A stretch of 64,000 nucleotides of DNA from Candidatus Eiseniibacteriota bacterium (GCA_963744995.1 CAVUWA010000002.1:800001-864000), one strand, 5' to 3'; shown: positions 39,639 through 50,025, counted from the first letter of the stretch. Translations and numbers: made by a program. The notes: a model not told the origin generated them from the sequence alone.

Positions 39639-39666
39639 TTATCGGTGATCACGGCGGGGGACTTGA
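39639..39666 (-). promoter_or_regulatory. Possible sigma28 (FliA/WhiG-like) promoter TCAAG-N15-ACCGATAA
   Basis: Close to the TAAA-N15-GCCGATAA consensus with a spacer 1 nt long; upstream of FIST-HK-RR. Confidence 0.35.
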
Positions 39667-39673
39667 GATGGGA

Positions 39674-40453
39674 TCAGCCGTGCGGGAACAGCGACAGGTA
39701 GGCGTGGACCCACTGGCCGCCCCACAGGAACGCGATGATGGCGGCAGGGCAGAGCAGGGTGCCGAACGGGATCGCCGTGAACCCGTCGCCCCGGCGGCGC
39801 GCGATCAAAATGCCGCCCCACAGGCTCCCCGCGAGGGCGGCGAGGAACAGCGTGAGCAGCGAGAGCTGCCAGCCCAGCACGACGCCGAACATGGCCGCGA
39901 GCTTGATGTCGCCCCCGCCCATGCCTTCGACGCCGCGGAACTTGAGATAGCCCCAGCCGAGCAGCCACAGCAGCCCGCTGCCGAGCAGCACGCCCAGCAG
40001 CGCGTGGCGGGCGCCGTGCGGCCACTGCAGTACCGCCGCCAGTGCCAGCAGGGTGCCGGGAAAGGTGAGCACGTCGGGCAGCAGCTGGAAGTCGAGATCG
40101 ATCCACATGAGCGCGATCAACAGCACTCCCCAGAGGGCCAGAAACGGGAGGTCGAATCCGGGGCCGATCTGCCGATAAAGAAGGACGAGCCAGGCCGCGC
40201 ACAGCAGCTCGGTGAGCGGGTAACGCCAGCTGACGCGCGTGCCGCAGTGGCGGCAACGGCCGCGCGCGGCGAGCCAAGAGGCCACCGGGATCAGATCGAG
40301 GAAGCCGAGCGTCGTGCCGCACGAGGTGCAGGCCGAGCGGCCATGGATCCATGAGATGCCGCGAGGCACGCGCCAGGCGATCGCGCTGACCGCGCTGCCC
40401 AGCACCAGGCCGAAGAGACCCAGAGCGATGAGAATGAACGTGTCGAGCGTCAT
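39674..40453 (-). CDS. pilD: Prepilin peptidase (A24A)
   Basis: RSACTSC, GRCRHC, IDLDFQLLPD, GMGGGDIKL, IPFG. Confidence 0.95.
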   Translation of the reverse strand: MTLDTFILIALGLFGLVLGSAVSAIAWRVPRGISWIHGRSACTSCGTTLGFLDLIPVASWLAARGRCRHCGTRVSWRYPLTELLCAAWLVLLYRQIGPGFDLPFLALWGVLLIALMWIDLDFQLLPDVLTFPGTLLALAAVLQWPHGARHALLGVLLGSGLLWLLGWGYLKFRGVEGMGGGDIKLAAMFGVVLGWQLSLLTLFLAALAGSLWGGILIARRRGDGFTAIPFGTLLCPAAIIAFLWGGQWVHAYLSLFPHG

Positions 40454-40552
40454 GCGGGGCGGAACGCCTTGCGCCCGTTGAACGAGCCACGACCATCTGC
40501 GATCATACGCAGCGTGACGCGGACCGCGCGAGTCATGTCAGAGGTGCTCAGC

Positions 40553-40876
40553 ATGAGGATCGTCCTGTTCCTCGCCGTCGTCGCCAACAGCTTCGATCTG
40601 GTGGCGACCGCACTCGGGATCCACTGGTTCGGCAACCGCGAGGGCAACCCGCTGCTCGCCTCGATGGCGCATCACCAGTGGCTGCTGTTCGTCGCGTTCA
40701 AAGGGCTGATCGTGCCGCTGCTGATCGTGAGCCTGTACCGATCGCGGCATCATACCCCGCTGTTGTCGGCCGCGGGACTCGGAATCGTGACCGTGGCGCT
40801 GACCGTCGCGGTGGGCCAGTGGGTGGGCTGGATGGCCGGTGTCGTGCACGTGGGCGGTCTGCTGCTGCATTCATGA
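40553..40876 (+). CDS. Small membrane protein, DUF5658-like
   Basis: N.FD...T...G....EGNPLL...K pattern, 3 hydrophobic helices, GAGGTG RBS. Confidence 0.7.
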   Translation: MRIVLFLAVVANSFDLVATALGIHWFGNREGNPLLASMAHHQWLLFVAFKGLIVPLLIVSLYRSRHHTPLLSAAGLGIVTVALTVAVGQWVGWMAGVVHVGGLLLHS

Positions 40877-40885
40877 GCGGCCCGG

Positions 40886-43700
40886 TCAGGCGTTCGTCGA
40901 ATCTCGGCGCCGCGTCCACCAGACGATCATGAAGATCGGCAGCCGCCAGGGCCACGACCCACAGCGCGAGGGCGGCGGGAGTCGGTCCGCGCTCGCGAAG
41001 CCGGAGCGTGGTTCCGGGCTCTCCCGTCAGGACGAAGCCCGCCCAGTAGTACGGATCACCGTGTGACGATGAGGCCGTGTGCACCTGAGCGGCAAGCAGC
41101 GCGGCGGACGCCGTCGAGCCGTGCGCCAGCTCACGGTAGAACACTTTCATGAAGTCCATCGTTGCACGATCGTCGACCTTCCACTGGGTCGCGACGACGG
41201 TGGGTACTCCGGCGCTGAGAAAGGCAGTCGACATGCCGACCAGCCCTTCGCCGGAGAGAATCGCGCCCCATGCGGTCTCACAGGCCGACAGCACGGCGAT
41301 CTTCGCCGGCAGGTGCATCCCAACGATCTCGCCGGCCCGCACGTAGCCATCGTCGCGCGCCGCGTCAGCAGGTCCGAGCAGAATCCCCGATTGCCACGGC
41401 AACAGATCGTTGGACTCCGCGTGCGCCGCGAAGTGGAGTCCCGCGTAATCGGCGAATTCGACCGAGTCGTCCTGCACGGTCGCTTCCACCCTCGCCGTCA
41501 CCGGTGCGAACGAGCGGGCCAGCCAGCGGACCTCGTCACGCGCTCCCGGCAGGGGGCCCGACCCATCGGGCGCGGGCCCGCTTTCGGCAAGCAGGCCGTG
41601 CCGCTCCGGCGCCTGCGTTCGACCGCGCGCGCGCAGCAGCAGGGTCGCTGACGGCGTGGACACGACCTCGGGCACGACGTTCGAATGACCTGCGAACACC
41701 GACTTGCGAAGCACGAAGGCCATCGGCAACTGGTAGAGGGGCCCGTCCGGAGACACGATCACGCGGCGGGCACTCCGTAGGCGTTCCGCAAATGGACCGA
41801 ACATGCGCTGTCCCATGGACCGCGCCGCCGCCGACAGCGTCTGCGCGCGGCCGTCGTCCTGGCCATCCGGGCGCTGCGCGATGAAACGGCGGAGTTCCCG
41901 CGCCTGCTGCTTCAGCGAGTCGGCATCGACGCCGAGTGGAAAGATCCCCACGTCGTCCTTCGTGAACACGAAGACGACCGACGTGTCCTCGGTGACCGTC
42001 CACTGCAGGAAGACTTCGCCCGGCTCGAGACGTGCCTGCAGGTCCGCGGCCGTGGCGAAAGCGGCCGAGTCCGAGTCGACCTCTTCGCGCCCCGCGATGC
42101 GTTCGAGCAGCGTGCGCGATCGCAGCGGCTCGGTGCGGTCGAAGGCCGCCATGATCGCCTCGCGGTCGGCGGAGTCGCGGAGCTGCACGCGCAATTCGGC
42201 CGAAGCGATGGCGGCGCCTTCGTTCGCGATGCGCTCACGCCACTCGTCGTCGTCCAGCTCGCGCCGGTTCCGGAAGTAGGATGCCTTCGCCCGGGCGATG
42301 CACGAGTTCGCGCTGTCGATCATGGCGGTGCGGGCGTAGAGGCCGGCCAGATCCGCCATGATCGAGGTCTCGTAGATCGTGGGTTCCCCCGATTTGAACC
42401 GGTATCGGATGCCTTCGAGCGCGGCGATCGCCCGGTCCAGCCGGCCCGCGCGGCGTTCCGCCTGGCTGATGACGTTCGCACTGCGAATCTCCCAGAGGAC
42501 GCCCATGTGCCCGGCCGGCACCACGGTCTCCCGGGCCAGCGCGAGCGACGTCCTCAGACTGTCGAGCTTCAGAAGCTCATTGCACAGATTCAACTTGGCG
42601 TCGAGATAGGTGCCCAGGCCGATCGAATCGCCCATGGCGACGATGGCGCGCGTGCATCGAGAAGCCGCCAGCCAGTCTCCCATGTTCGCGTAGGCCAGTG
42701 CGAGCACCGAGAGCGCACGCGAACGGAGTCCCAGCGATTGCGTCTCGGTCCCCAGCACGAGGAGAGATTCCGATTCGGCGATGGCCTCCGCGTTCCGTCC
42801 CATGAGCGTCATGATGTAGCTCGTACCCTGCAGCGCGAATCCGCGGCTCCTGACATCGCCGGCGCGGTGGGCGGCCGCCTTCATCTCGACGGCCGCCTCG
42901 AGCGCGCGGTCGTATCGGCCGGCGCCCCGTTCCAGCGTGCTCAGGTTGCCGAGCAGGGCGACGAGCAGGTCGTCGCGATGGATGCGGCGCGCCAGCTCGA
43001 TGCCGCGACGGTAGTGGGCGCGGGCCGCCGGGATATCGCTCGCGAGCATGCCCGTGATACCGAGCAGCGTTTCCGAGGTCACGACGCGATCCCGCTTGCC
43101 GAGATGCTCGAATACGGCGCGGGCGCGTTCGGCTACGGGACCCGCCTGTGCCCCGCGACCGGAATGGATCCACCGCGTCGCGATGAAATTGTCGGCGAGC
43201 GCCGCTTCGAGGGTGCCCTGATGCGCATCGCTCAGCTCGAGCAGCCGAACCAGCACCTTCTCCAGGTCGGCCCGCCGGCCCTCGCTCCGGTACAGCCCGC
43301 CGAGCTGGACGAGAAACTGCATCTCGGCGAGCGAATCGCCCCGCGAGCGGGACAGATCGAGGCCGCGCTGGATGGTCGCGAGCTCCGTTTCGCCCCTGCC
43401 GGCCAGCAGATAGGCGCGCGCGTGGAGAAGCGGCACACGTGCCGCGTCATCCGCCGCCGCATCGGCCTCCTGCATCAGGGACTCCGAGACCGACCACAGG
43501 GAGTCGCGCAGAGCGTGATCGCGGTGGAGGGTGTCGACGGCCGCGTCGAAGGCGCGAACGCGATCGAGAAGCGGCGTGGCAGGGGAGTCCGTGGCGCGCC
43601 CCGCAGGTTGCGCCGCGGCAGGCAGGGCCAGTGACAGCAGGGCAGGCACGCCGAGGATGGCGCACAACAGATGAAGCCGAAGACGCATGAGCATGCGCAC
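40886..43700 (-). CDS. Exported TPR + CHAT (caspase-like) protease; apparent frameshift near 40937 in the C-terminal TM anchor (as written the ORF runs to 40698)
   Basis: Signal peptide, TPR-like helices, SPDGPL, LHFAAH (His), VLSACET (Cys), GEG, WKVDD, PYYWAGF. GGAGG before GTG 43700. Confidence 0.88.
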
Positions 43701-43855
43701 GGAACGACCCTCCAAAGGGGGGGCGAGGCAAGCCCGAAGGGAGTCCTGCGTGTATTACAGAGCACCGTGGATCGGTACGCAACCCACGGTGCGGAATTCG
43801 TGCAGCGTGAAACGTTCGGTTCCGGATTCGGCGATCGTGCCGGCCGGTACGATCC

Positions 43856-45130
43856 CTACTGCTGTTCCGGCATGATGCGCGGTGTCACTTCGATCACCAG
43901 ATCCGTCTTGCGCGTGGTGATGCTCTGGTGCTGGAACAGGTAACCGATCAGCGGGATCTGGCCCAGGATCGGCAGCTTGGTGACGTTGGTGGTCTTGTCC
44001 TCGGAGAGCAGCCCGCCGATGATCACCGAATTGCCGTCCTTGAGCCGCACCGTGGTGCTCGCCTGGCGCGTCGCCACGATCGGCAGGTCGCCGTTCTGCC
44101 CCGTGAAGCCGGTCACCGTGCTGACCTCGGGCTTGATCGTCGTCGTGATGTAGCCGTCGGCGTTGATCAGCGGCGTGATGTCGAGCTTGATGCCGACCTC
44201 TTCCTTCTCGATCCGTTGCGTCGGCGCCGCGCCGCCGCCGGCGAACACCGTGCTCGAGATCGTGTAGGGAATGCGCTGGCCGATCAGCATGTTGGCCGGG
44301 CGCCCGTTGAGCGTGGCGATCTTCGGCTGCGCCAGCACGCGCGCGCTGCCCTCCTGGATCAGCATGTCGAGCGCGACCTCGAACGCCTTCGCCTGGTGGC
44401 TGGTCTGATTGATGCTGTTGTGCGCCGCCTTGCCATTGACGTAGGGCAGCTGGTCGGGGAATTCGCCCGGCGCCGAAGGCGGCGGCGCACCCTCCGCGAT
44501 GATGAACGTCTGGCGGTTGAGCTTGTCCCAGTCGATGCCGAGCTCCTTGAGGTCATTGGTCGAGACTTCGACGATCCGCGCCTCGAGCATGACCTGCCTC
44601 GCCGGCACGTCCATCGCCGTGATGATCTCCTGGATCTCGGCGATCACGCGCGGGCTGGTGACCACGATCAGGCGATTGCCGCCCGTGTCCACGGAGATCT
44701 TCGCGCCAAGGTCGCCGAGCGCGTCCTTGACGTCGGCCGCGTCCGCGTACTGGAGGTCCACGACGTAGGAGGAGAGCCCGGTCTCGTCCCTCAGCGACGC
44801 CTTGTCGGCGACGAGGATCGAGTTGCCGATCCGCTCGTAGGCGAGTCCGGCCGCGCGTACGACCAGGTTCACCGCCTGCTCGATCGGCACGTCCTTCATG
44901 TGGATCGAGATCCGGCCGCCGGTGACGCCGGGCCCGGTGATGATGTTGAGGTTGCCCTTCTCCGCGAGGATCTTGAGCACGCTCGGCAGGTAGGCATCCT
45001 CGGCGTCGAGTGTGACCTTGGGCTCGCTGTCGATGTCGAGCGCATGCGCCGTGACCGGGAGCACCGCCGGGCAGGCGAGCACGACCAGCATGGCGCAAAG
45101 GTGAACGAAGCGTCGGTACTGGAATTTCAC
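43856..45130 (-). CDS. pilQ: Secretin (PilQ/GspD family), compact form
   Basis: Signal peptide, STN-like N0, one N-domain (DTGGNRLIV), QVMLEARIVEV, GIKLDITP, KLPILGQIPLIGYLF. AGGAGG RBS. Confidence 0.92.
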   Translation of the reverse strand: MKFQYRRFVHLCAMLVVLACPAVLPVTAHALDIDSEPKVTLDAEDAYLPSVLKILAEKGNLNIITGPGVTGGRISIHMKDVPIEQAVNLVVRAAGLAYERIGNSILVADKASLRDETGLSSYVVDLQYADAADVKDALGDLGAKISVDTGGNRLIVVTSPRVIAEIQEIITAMDVPARQVMLEARIVEVSTNDLKELGIDWDKLNRQTFIIAEGAPPPSAPGEFPDQLPYVNGKAAHNSINQTSHQAKAFEVALDMLIQEGSARVLAQPKIATLNGRPANMLIGQRIPYTISSTVFAGGGAAPTQRIEKEEVGIKLDITPLINADGYITTTIKPEVSTVTGFTGQNGDLPIVATRQASTTVRLKDGNSVIIGGLLSEDKTTNVTKLPILGQIPLIGYLFQHQSITTRKTDLVIEVTPRIMPEQQ

Positions 45131-45131
45131 G

Positions 45132-45614
45132 CTATGACCCTCCTGTGGGCCGTCTGAGGACGAGCGATTCCCCGCCCTTGTCCAGTACGACCTCTTCACG
45201 TGTGATGCGAACCACCCGGTAGTCTGCGAAAAGAGAATTGTCGCGTACGGTGTAGTCGCGGCCGTCGAAGCGGACGAGCGCACGCGGATCGTTGTCGAAG
45301 ATGATGGCGGTGAGCACCGGCCTGGGCGCGGGCGCCGGCGTGCGGGGTTGGGGTCGCCTGGCGGTCGTGGCCTGCGTCGTGCGCGTCTTCTGGAAGTCGA
45401 AGGGGTCGCGCTCGGGGGCGGTGGTCTCGAGTTGCGCGCGGCGGGAGAGTTCCGTGTCGAGGCGTGCAAAAGGGGAGACCGTCTTCCGTGCCGACGATTC
45501 GTGCTTGCGCCAGGCCCCAGACCGGCGCAGGGCATCGCTCGTCTGCTGCAGCGTGAAAGCCAGCAGCAGGAACGCGGCGAGGGGCCCGATGAGGCGGCGC
45601 GGGTCGATCTTCAC
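45132..45614 (-). CDS. PilP/GspC-like assembly protein (N-terminal TM, HR-type beta domain)
   Basis: RDPF motif, LTAII....ALV.....V.......VVRIT...VVL, position between pilO and pilQ. Confidence 0.65.
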   Translation of the reverse strand: MKIDPRRLIGPLAAFLLLAFTLQQTSDALRRSGAWRKHESSARKTVSPFARLDTELSRRAQLETTAPERDPFDFQKTRTTQATTARRPQPRTPAPAPRPVLTAIIFDNDPRALVRFDGRDYTVRDNSLFADYRVVRITREEVVLDKGGESLVLRRPTGGS

Positions 45615-46180
45615 GGCTTTGCCGGCGCCTGTTTGAGGACGTAGCGGCTGACGTAGAGGTCGGCGATCAGGTCGCCGCCACCGGAGGGCTGCAGAGAAAA
45701 GCGATCCACTGCGAGCAGGTGCTCGGTGGCGGCCAGATCGCCGAGAAAGCCCACGAACTCGGCGTAGGAGGCTCGCAGCCGGACGTGTGCGCGGACGATC
45801 ACCGACTGCGTCTGCTGCGTCGTCGGGGCAGGCTCGGCGACGATGACCGCCATGCGGCGCTTCGTGGCGAGCCGCGATATCGTTTCGATCAGCGACGCGC
45901 TGAGCGCGCCCGAGTCACCCGCATCCTTCGCCTTGGCCGCAGGCAGCGCGTTCTCCGCCAGCATCGCGTAGACGCGCGGCGGAATCACTTCCGGCGTTGC
46001 CATCTGGTCGAGCGAGAGTCCGGCTTCCTTCGCGTTCTGCTGGGCGCGCTGATAGCGTCGGGCCGTCGGCTGGAAGAACACGACGTGCGCGAGAAGGAAG
46101 ACGAGGAACAGGGCGACGGCCCCGGCCAGCGGCCATTGCCGCCGGAGTTCGGCCAGCCAGAGTGGATTGATCACTGGCAT
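45611..46180 (-). CDS. pilO: PilO/GspM-like protein
   Basis: One TM, ASYAEFVGFLGDL ferredoxin-like motif, synteny. Confidence 0.7.
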   Translation of the reverse strand: MPVINPLWLAELRRQWPLAGAVALFLVFLLAHVVFFQPTARRYQRAQQNAKEAGLSLDQMATPEVIPPRVYAMLAENALPAAKAKDAGDSGALSASLIETISRLATKRRMAVIVAEPAPTTQQTQSVIVRAHVRLRASYAEFVGFLGDLAATEHLLAVDRFSLQPSGGGDLIADLYVSRYVLKQAPAKP

Positions 46181-46746
46181 TCGATCACGAACTCCGTCGT
46201 GGCGCCGCCGTCGACGATCTTGGTCGAAGCGACGCGCACGTTAGGATACTGGATCGAGAACAAGGAGTCCTCGCGCAGCGTGCCGGCAAACGCCATCACG
46301 CCGGACATCCGGTCCTGCTCCCTGGGGACGCGCAGCTGGCCGCTGATCACGAGGCGGTCCTGGCTGCGCGGGCCGGTCTGGTTGTTGGGGTTGGTCGCGA
46401 TGGAGGTCAGCCGCACGTCCGCGGGGAGCAGGGCCGCCAGCCGCATGAGCCGGTCGTGCCAGCGGCGCGGGTTGCCGACGTAGTTCTCGAGCCGGTCCAT
46501 CTCGCTGGCCGGGATCTTCCACTGCTCGCGGGTCGATTGACTCGACTTCAGCTGCGCCGTTTGCCGCTCGAGGAAGGTCACTCGCTTCGACAGCGACATG
46601 CAATTGAGGCCGTAGAGTCCCATCGCCATGGTGACCACGCCGAAATACGCCACCCAGACGCCGAGTGTCACGACGCGCCGGCGCGCGTGGGCGAGCTCCT
46701 TCTGGTGCGCTTCGCGCCGGAAGTTGATGCTGAAGAGTGCGCTCAA
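46171..46746 (-). CDS. pilN: PilN-like protein
   Basis: SINF motif (INLL equivalent), TM, coiled coil, LPADVRLTSI, synteny. Confidence 0.8.
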   Translation of the reverse strand: MSALFSINFRREAHQKELAHARRRVVTLGVWVAYFGVVTMAMGLYGLNCMSLSKRVTFLERQTAQLKSSQSTREQWKIPASEMDRLENYVGNPRRWHDRLMRLAALLPADVRLTSIATNPNNQTGPRSQDRLVISGQLRVPREQDRMSGVMAFAGTLREDSLFSIQYPNVRVASTKIVDGGATTEFVIECQ

Positions 46747-46768
46747 GAGTTCGGCTCCACCGGGGCGG

Positions 46769-47824
46769 TCATACGGTTCTCAGCGACAGGCCGAATGCCT
46801 GGGCGAAGTGCGGCGCGATCGTGGTGGCGGGCCCGCCACGTGGCGCGCCGGGAAAGTGTTCGAGCGGATTGAACAACATCACCGGGTTGCCCATGAGCTC
46901 GCTGAGCCGCGCCGCGAGTCCGGGCAGTCGCGCCGAGCCACCGGATACCCAGATCTTCAGCGGGTCCGGAAGCTCGCCCATCGTGCGATAGAACGCAAAC
47001 GATGCACGCAATTCCGCCGCCAGCTGGGTCTGCAGCGCCCGATGCACGGCCTGCATCTCGGGCGCGTCCCAGTCCACGCGAAAACCCGGCTCGTCCGCGC
47101 CCGCGGCGAGCTTCCATTCCTCGGCTTCCTCGTACGGAACCTCCGTGCCCTCGGCGATCGCCTTCGTCAGGCTGCGGCCACCGAAGTCGAGCCGGCGCAT
47201 GAAGTACGGTTCACCTTTCCGGTAGAGCGTCAGGTGCGAGGTGGCGAAGCCGATGTCGAGGAGCAGGAAGCCGTCACGGGTGTTTTCGACGCCGTGCAGC
47301 AGTCCGTTGGTCAGGGCGAGCGGCGTCGCGTCGAGGATGTCTGCTTCGAGACCGAGCAGGCGGAAAGGGGCGCAGTGCCGCTCCACATGCTCCGTGGACA
47401 CCGCCGCGAGCAGCACCTCCAGCTTCTTCTGCGTCGCGAAGCGACCGAGGATCTGGAAGTCGATGATCATGCCCTGCGGGTCGAACGGCAGGTGCTTGCG
47501 CGCCTCGAAGCGCAGCGCGGGTCCGACCTCGGAATCGTCGAGCAGCGGCATCGTGATCTGCTTGACGATGACGTCCGGTCCCGAGATGCCGGTGGTGACG
47601 CCGCGAATCGCACGCGGCGACAGTCCGGCCTGTTCCAGACAGCGCGCGACGGCGTGCGCCACCAGCTCGGGCGGATGCGGCTTGCCGTTCCCGGCCGGGG
47701 GCAGCGGCTGCTCGGCGATCCAGTAGCGCGCGCCGCCCACGCCGGGCTGCGTGGCCAGGAGCTTCACGCTGAACGTGCCGACGTCGATGCCGGCCCAGGG
47801 TCGGGTGCGGAGGCCTGCTCTCAT
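46769..47824 (-). CDS. pilM: Type IV pilus assembly protein PilM (actin-like)
   Basis: GIDVGTFSVK, EARKHLPF, LLDIG, SGGSARLPGL, AFGLSLR. Confidence 0.92.
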   Translation of the reverse strand: MRAGLRTRPWAGIDVGTFSVKLLATQPGVGGARYWIAEQPLPPAGNGKPHPPELVAHAVARCLEQAGLSPRAIRGVTTGISGPDVIVKQITMPLLDDSEVGPALRFEARKHLPFDPQGMIIDFQILGRFATQKKLEVLLAAVSTEHVERHCAPFRLLGLEADILDATPLALTNGLLHGVENTRDGFLLLDIGFATSHLTLYRKGEPYFMRRLDFGGRSLTKAIAEGTEVPYEEAEEWKLAAGADEPGFRVDWDAPEMQAVHRALQTQLAAELRASFAFYRTMGELPDPLKIWVSGGSARLPGLAARLSELMGNPVMLFNPLEHFPGAPRGGPATTIAPHFAQAFGLSLRTV

Positions 47825-47831
47825 GAGAGGG

Positions 47832-49139
47832 TCAGCTCGGGTTGTCCGGGTCGAGTTCGCGCCACGTGCCGGGGATGGGAGTGAATGCCGACTCGCTCCC
47901 GCCGGTCAGGTTTGGCAGCGCGCCCTTTTCGGCGAGCTCGTCGATGACTGCATCCATGTCCACGGGGTGGCGGAGGACCTGCACGTTGGGCGCTTCAACC
48001 GGGCCGCCGCTCGGCCCTTCCAGGTACACGCTGCGGGCGAAGAGCGAGAGGGCTTCGGCGGTTCCCGGCCACGTCGTAATCTGGCCCCGCGAAATGACCA
48101 CCTGAGCATCCGAGACCAGAACGACCGGTACATAGTCCGAGCGGATTCCGCTGAACAGCCAGATTCCCTCGACGTATGTCGTTTCCTTCTTGTCGAAGGG
48201 TGGTGGTGGGGACCCGTTTCCGATCGGCCCGGCCACGATCACGAGTCGATCGCTGGCCGTTCCGAACACCTGGACCGGTCGATCGATCCGAATCCCCTTG
48301 GGGAGCATCCACACGCAGGTGCCGGTGACGTTGATGTCCACCGGCGTGTCGTACGGGGGGCCCGAGTGGTCGTAGAGGCTCACCTGCTCCGTTTCCGGCG
48401 TAGGCGTCAGGAAGAACGTCACGTCCCCCGAGCCGACGAGGTCGTAGACCCCGGAGCCCGTGTAGCCGATTTCGTTCGACGTGGGATGGGCGTTGATGAA
48501 CGATGTCACGTCCGGCAACGGAACACCGCCCAGGATGGGAGCAGGCGGAAGCGGAGGCCAGGCCTCCGTCTGCCAGGACGGATAGGTGTTCGTGTTCAAG
48601 CGGATTTCGCCATCGAGTTGAGTCCTCAGCGTGTCTCCCGCCTTGGTGGATTTCAAATAAACGAACGAATAGCTGTCGATCAGGTGTCTGTACAGCGCGT
48701 CGGGAACGACGGGCCAGTACTCCTTCTCCACCATGCGCCGCTCGCCGCGCTGGTCGTCCGCGAGCGCACGAATCCGGACGGGCTCTCCGTTCGTGAAGTC
48801 GATGCTGCCGGTGGAATCCGTGCCCTGCCAGGCCTGCACGAGCGTGACCTCGGGAGGGCGGGTGCTCCAGGCCAGCTGGCCGGAGCGGATGGCCTGCAGC
48901 TTTCGCTCGGAGGAGAGGATCGTCTTGGCCCATTCGATGCCGCTGGTGGCAGCGTAGAGCGTCTGGGTATCCCGGTGGGATCTCCAGAGGAACTGCGCTT
49001 CGTAGCTCGACAGGCTGAAGAGGGACAGCCCCAGAATCGTCAGTGCAAGCACGAAAATGACGACGCCGATCAGGACGAAGCCTCGGGAATCGGATGCCGG
49101 AGGATCGCCGAGATCTCGGTACGCCCGGGCGCCGGACAC
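47832..49139 (-). CDS. Large PilX/GspK-like minor pilin
   Basis: RG|FVLIGVVIFVLAL (no Glu5, as in PilX/GspK), YAATSGIEWA. Confidence 0.75.
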   Translation of the reverse strand: MSGARAYRDLGDPPASDSRGFVLIGVVIFVLALTILGLSLFSLSSYEAQFLWRSHRDTQTLYAATSGIEWAKTILSSERKLQAIRSGQLAWSTRPPEVTLVQAWQGTDSTGSIDFTNGEPVRIRALADDQRGERRMVEKEYWPVVPDALYRHLIDSYSFVYLKSTKAGDTLRTQLDGEIRLNTNTYPSWQTEAWPPLPPAPILGGVPLPDVTSFINAHPTSNEIGYTGSGVYDLVGSGDVTFFLTPTPETEQVSLYDHSGPPYDTPVDINVTGTCVWMLPKGIRIDRPVQVFGTASDRLVIVAGPIGNGSPPPPFDKKETTYVEGIWLFSGIRSDYVPVVLVSDAQVVISRGQITTWPGTAEALSLFARSVYLEGPSGGPVEAPNVQVLRHPVDMDAVIDELAEKGALPNLTGGSESAFTPIPGTWRELDPDNPS

Positions 49140-49627
49140 TAGTGCTTCCCTCTGTTCAGCAGGGCAAAGCTCGAGGAGAAGTCCACGGTCTGACCGGTCG
49201 CGGACACGAGCTCCAGGTGGTTCAGCGTCACCAGCGCGCTGTCGGTCTGCGGCGCGAACTCGAAGCGCCGCACTTTCGACTGGAGGATGACCTGGGGATT
49301 GTTCTCCTGCCCCCCGTACATCAGGGAGTCGTCATTCGCCCGCCACTCGAACACGTAGAACGTGGCGCCACCCGGCTTGATGAGAGAGAGCTTGTGCTCG
49401 ATGGGATCCACGACATACCAGTACGAGGCGTGGACCTTGTCCCTCATCGTCTGAAGCAGCAACGTTCCTTCCCGCTGAGTCAGCGTCTTGGTCGATCCGT
49501 CGATCCAGGTGAACTGGGACGCCAGATAGAAGCCCGAGAAGCCCAGGAGAATCACGACGGCAATCACGGATACGGCAGCCACTTCGACGAGCGTGAGCCC
49601 GTGTTCATTTCGTTTCCAGCCACTCAT
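49139..49627 (-). CDS. Minor pilin, PilW-like
   Basis: HG|LTLVE class III signal. Confidence 0.8.
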   Translation of the reverse strand: MSGWKRNEHGLTLVEVAAVSVIAVVILLGFSGFYLASQFTWIDGSTKTLTQREGTLLLQTMRDKVHASYWYVVDPIEHKLSLIKPGGATFYVFEWRANDDSLMYGGQENNPQVILQSKVRRFEFAPQTDSALVTLNHLELVSATGQTVDFSSSFALLNRGKH

Positions 49628-50025
49628 CGGTCGAAGTATCTCGTGAGGTGGATCGCATCGCCCGGCCCCGAGTCCCATTGCACGTCCACGTCCACTTGAG
49701 TGAGATGATCGAGGTGCGACGACCACGACAATGGATAGTGCGACACCTCCCAGTGCACGACCCCCCTCGACTCGCCCTCGAACACGAATGTCGTGTCGTG
49801 GGCGCCGAGGGACATGTCAGGACTGGAAGCTGGCTGAACGGACAACGTCTCCATGCGGTCTTCCGCGGCCGCGAGCGCCGCCCGGGCCACCGTGAACCGA
49901 TCGATCTGGCCCCGGCCAAGGCCGAACGAGTGCGCCAGCCCGAGGATGGCGACGGCAGCGATCATCGTGGCCGCGATGGCCTCCACGAGCGATACTCCCG
50001 CCTCCGAGGAGCGCGAATGAGTCAC
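49624..50025 (-). CDS. Minor pilin, PilV-like
   Basis: AG|VSLVE class III signal, A...AEDRMETL, VDVDVQW. Confidence 0.78.
   Translation of the reverse strand: MTHSRSSEAGVSLVEAIAATMIAAVAILGLAHSFGLGRGQIDRFTVARAALAAAEDRMETLSVQPASSPDMSLGAHDTTFVFEGESRGVVHWEVSHYPLSWSSHLDHLTQVDVDVQWDSGPGDAIHLTRYFDR

Noticed and set aside
40698..40885. Apparent 179-bp antiparallel overlap of the CHAT ORF with the DUF5658-like gene
   Set aside because: Better explained by the frameshift near 40937 than by true dual coding
40886..43700. CHAT as part of a gasdermin or Craspase-type defence system
   Set aside because: No gasdermin, Cas7-11, sigma/anti-sigma or NTPase partner nearby, and the protein appears exported
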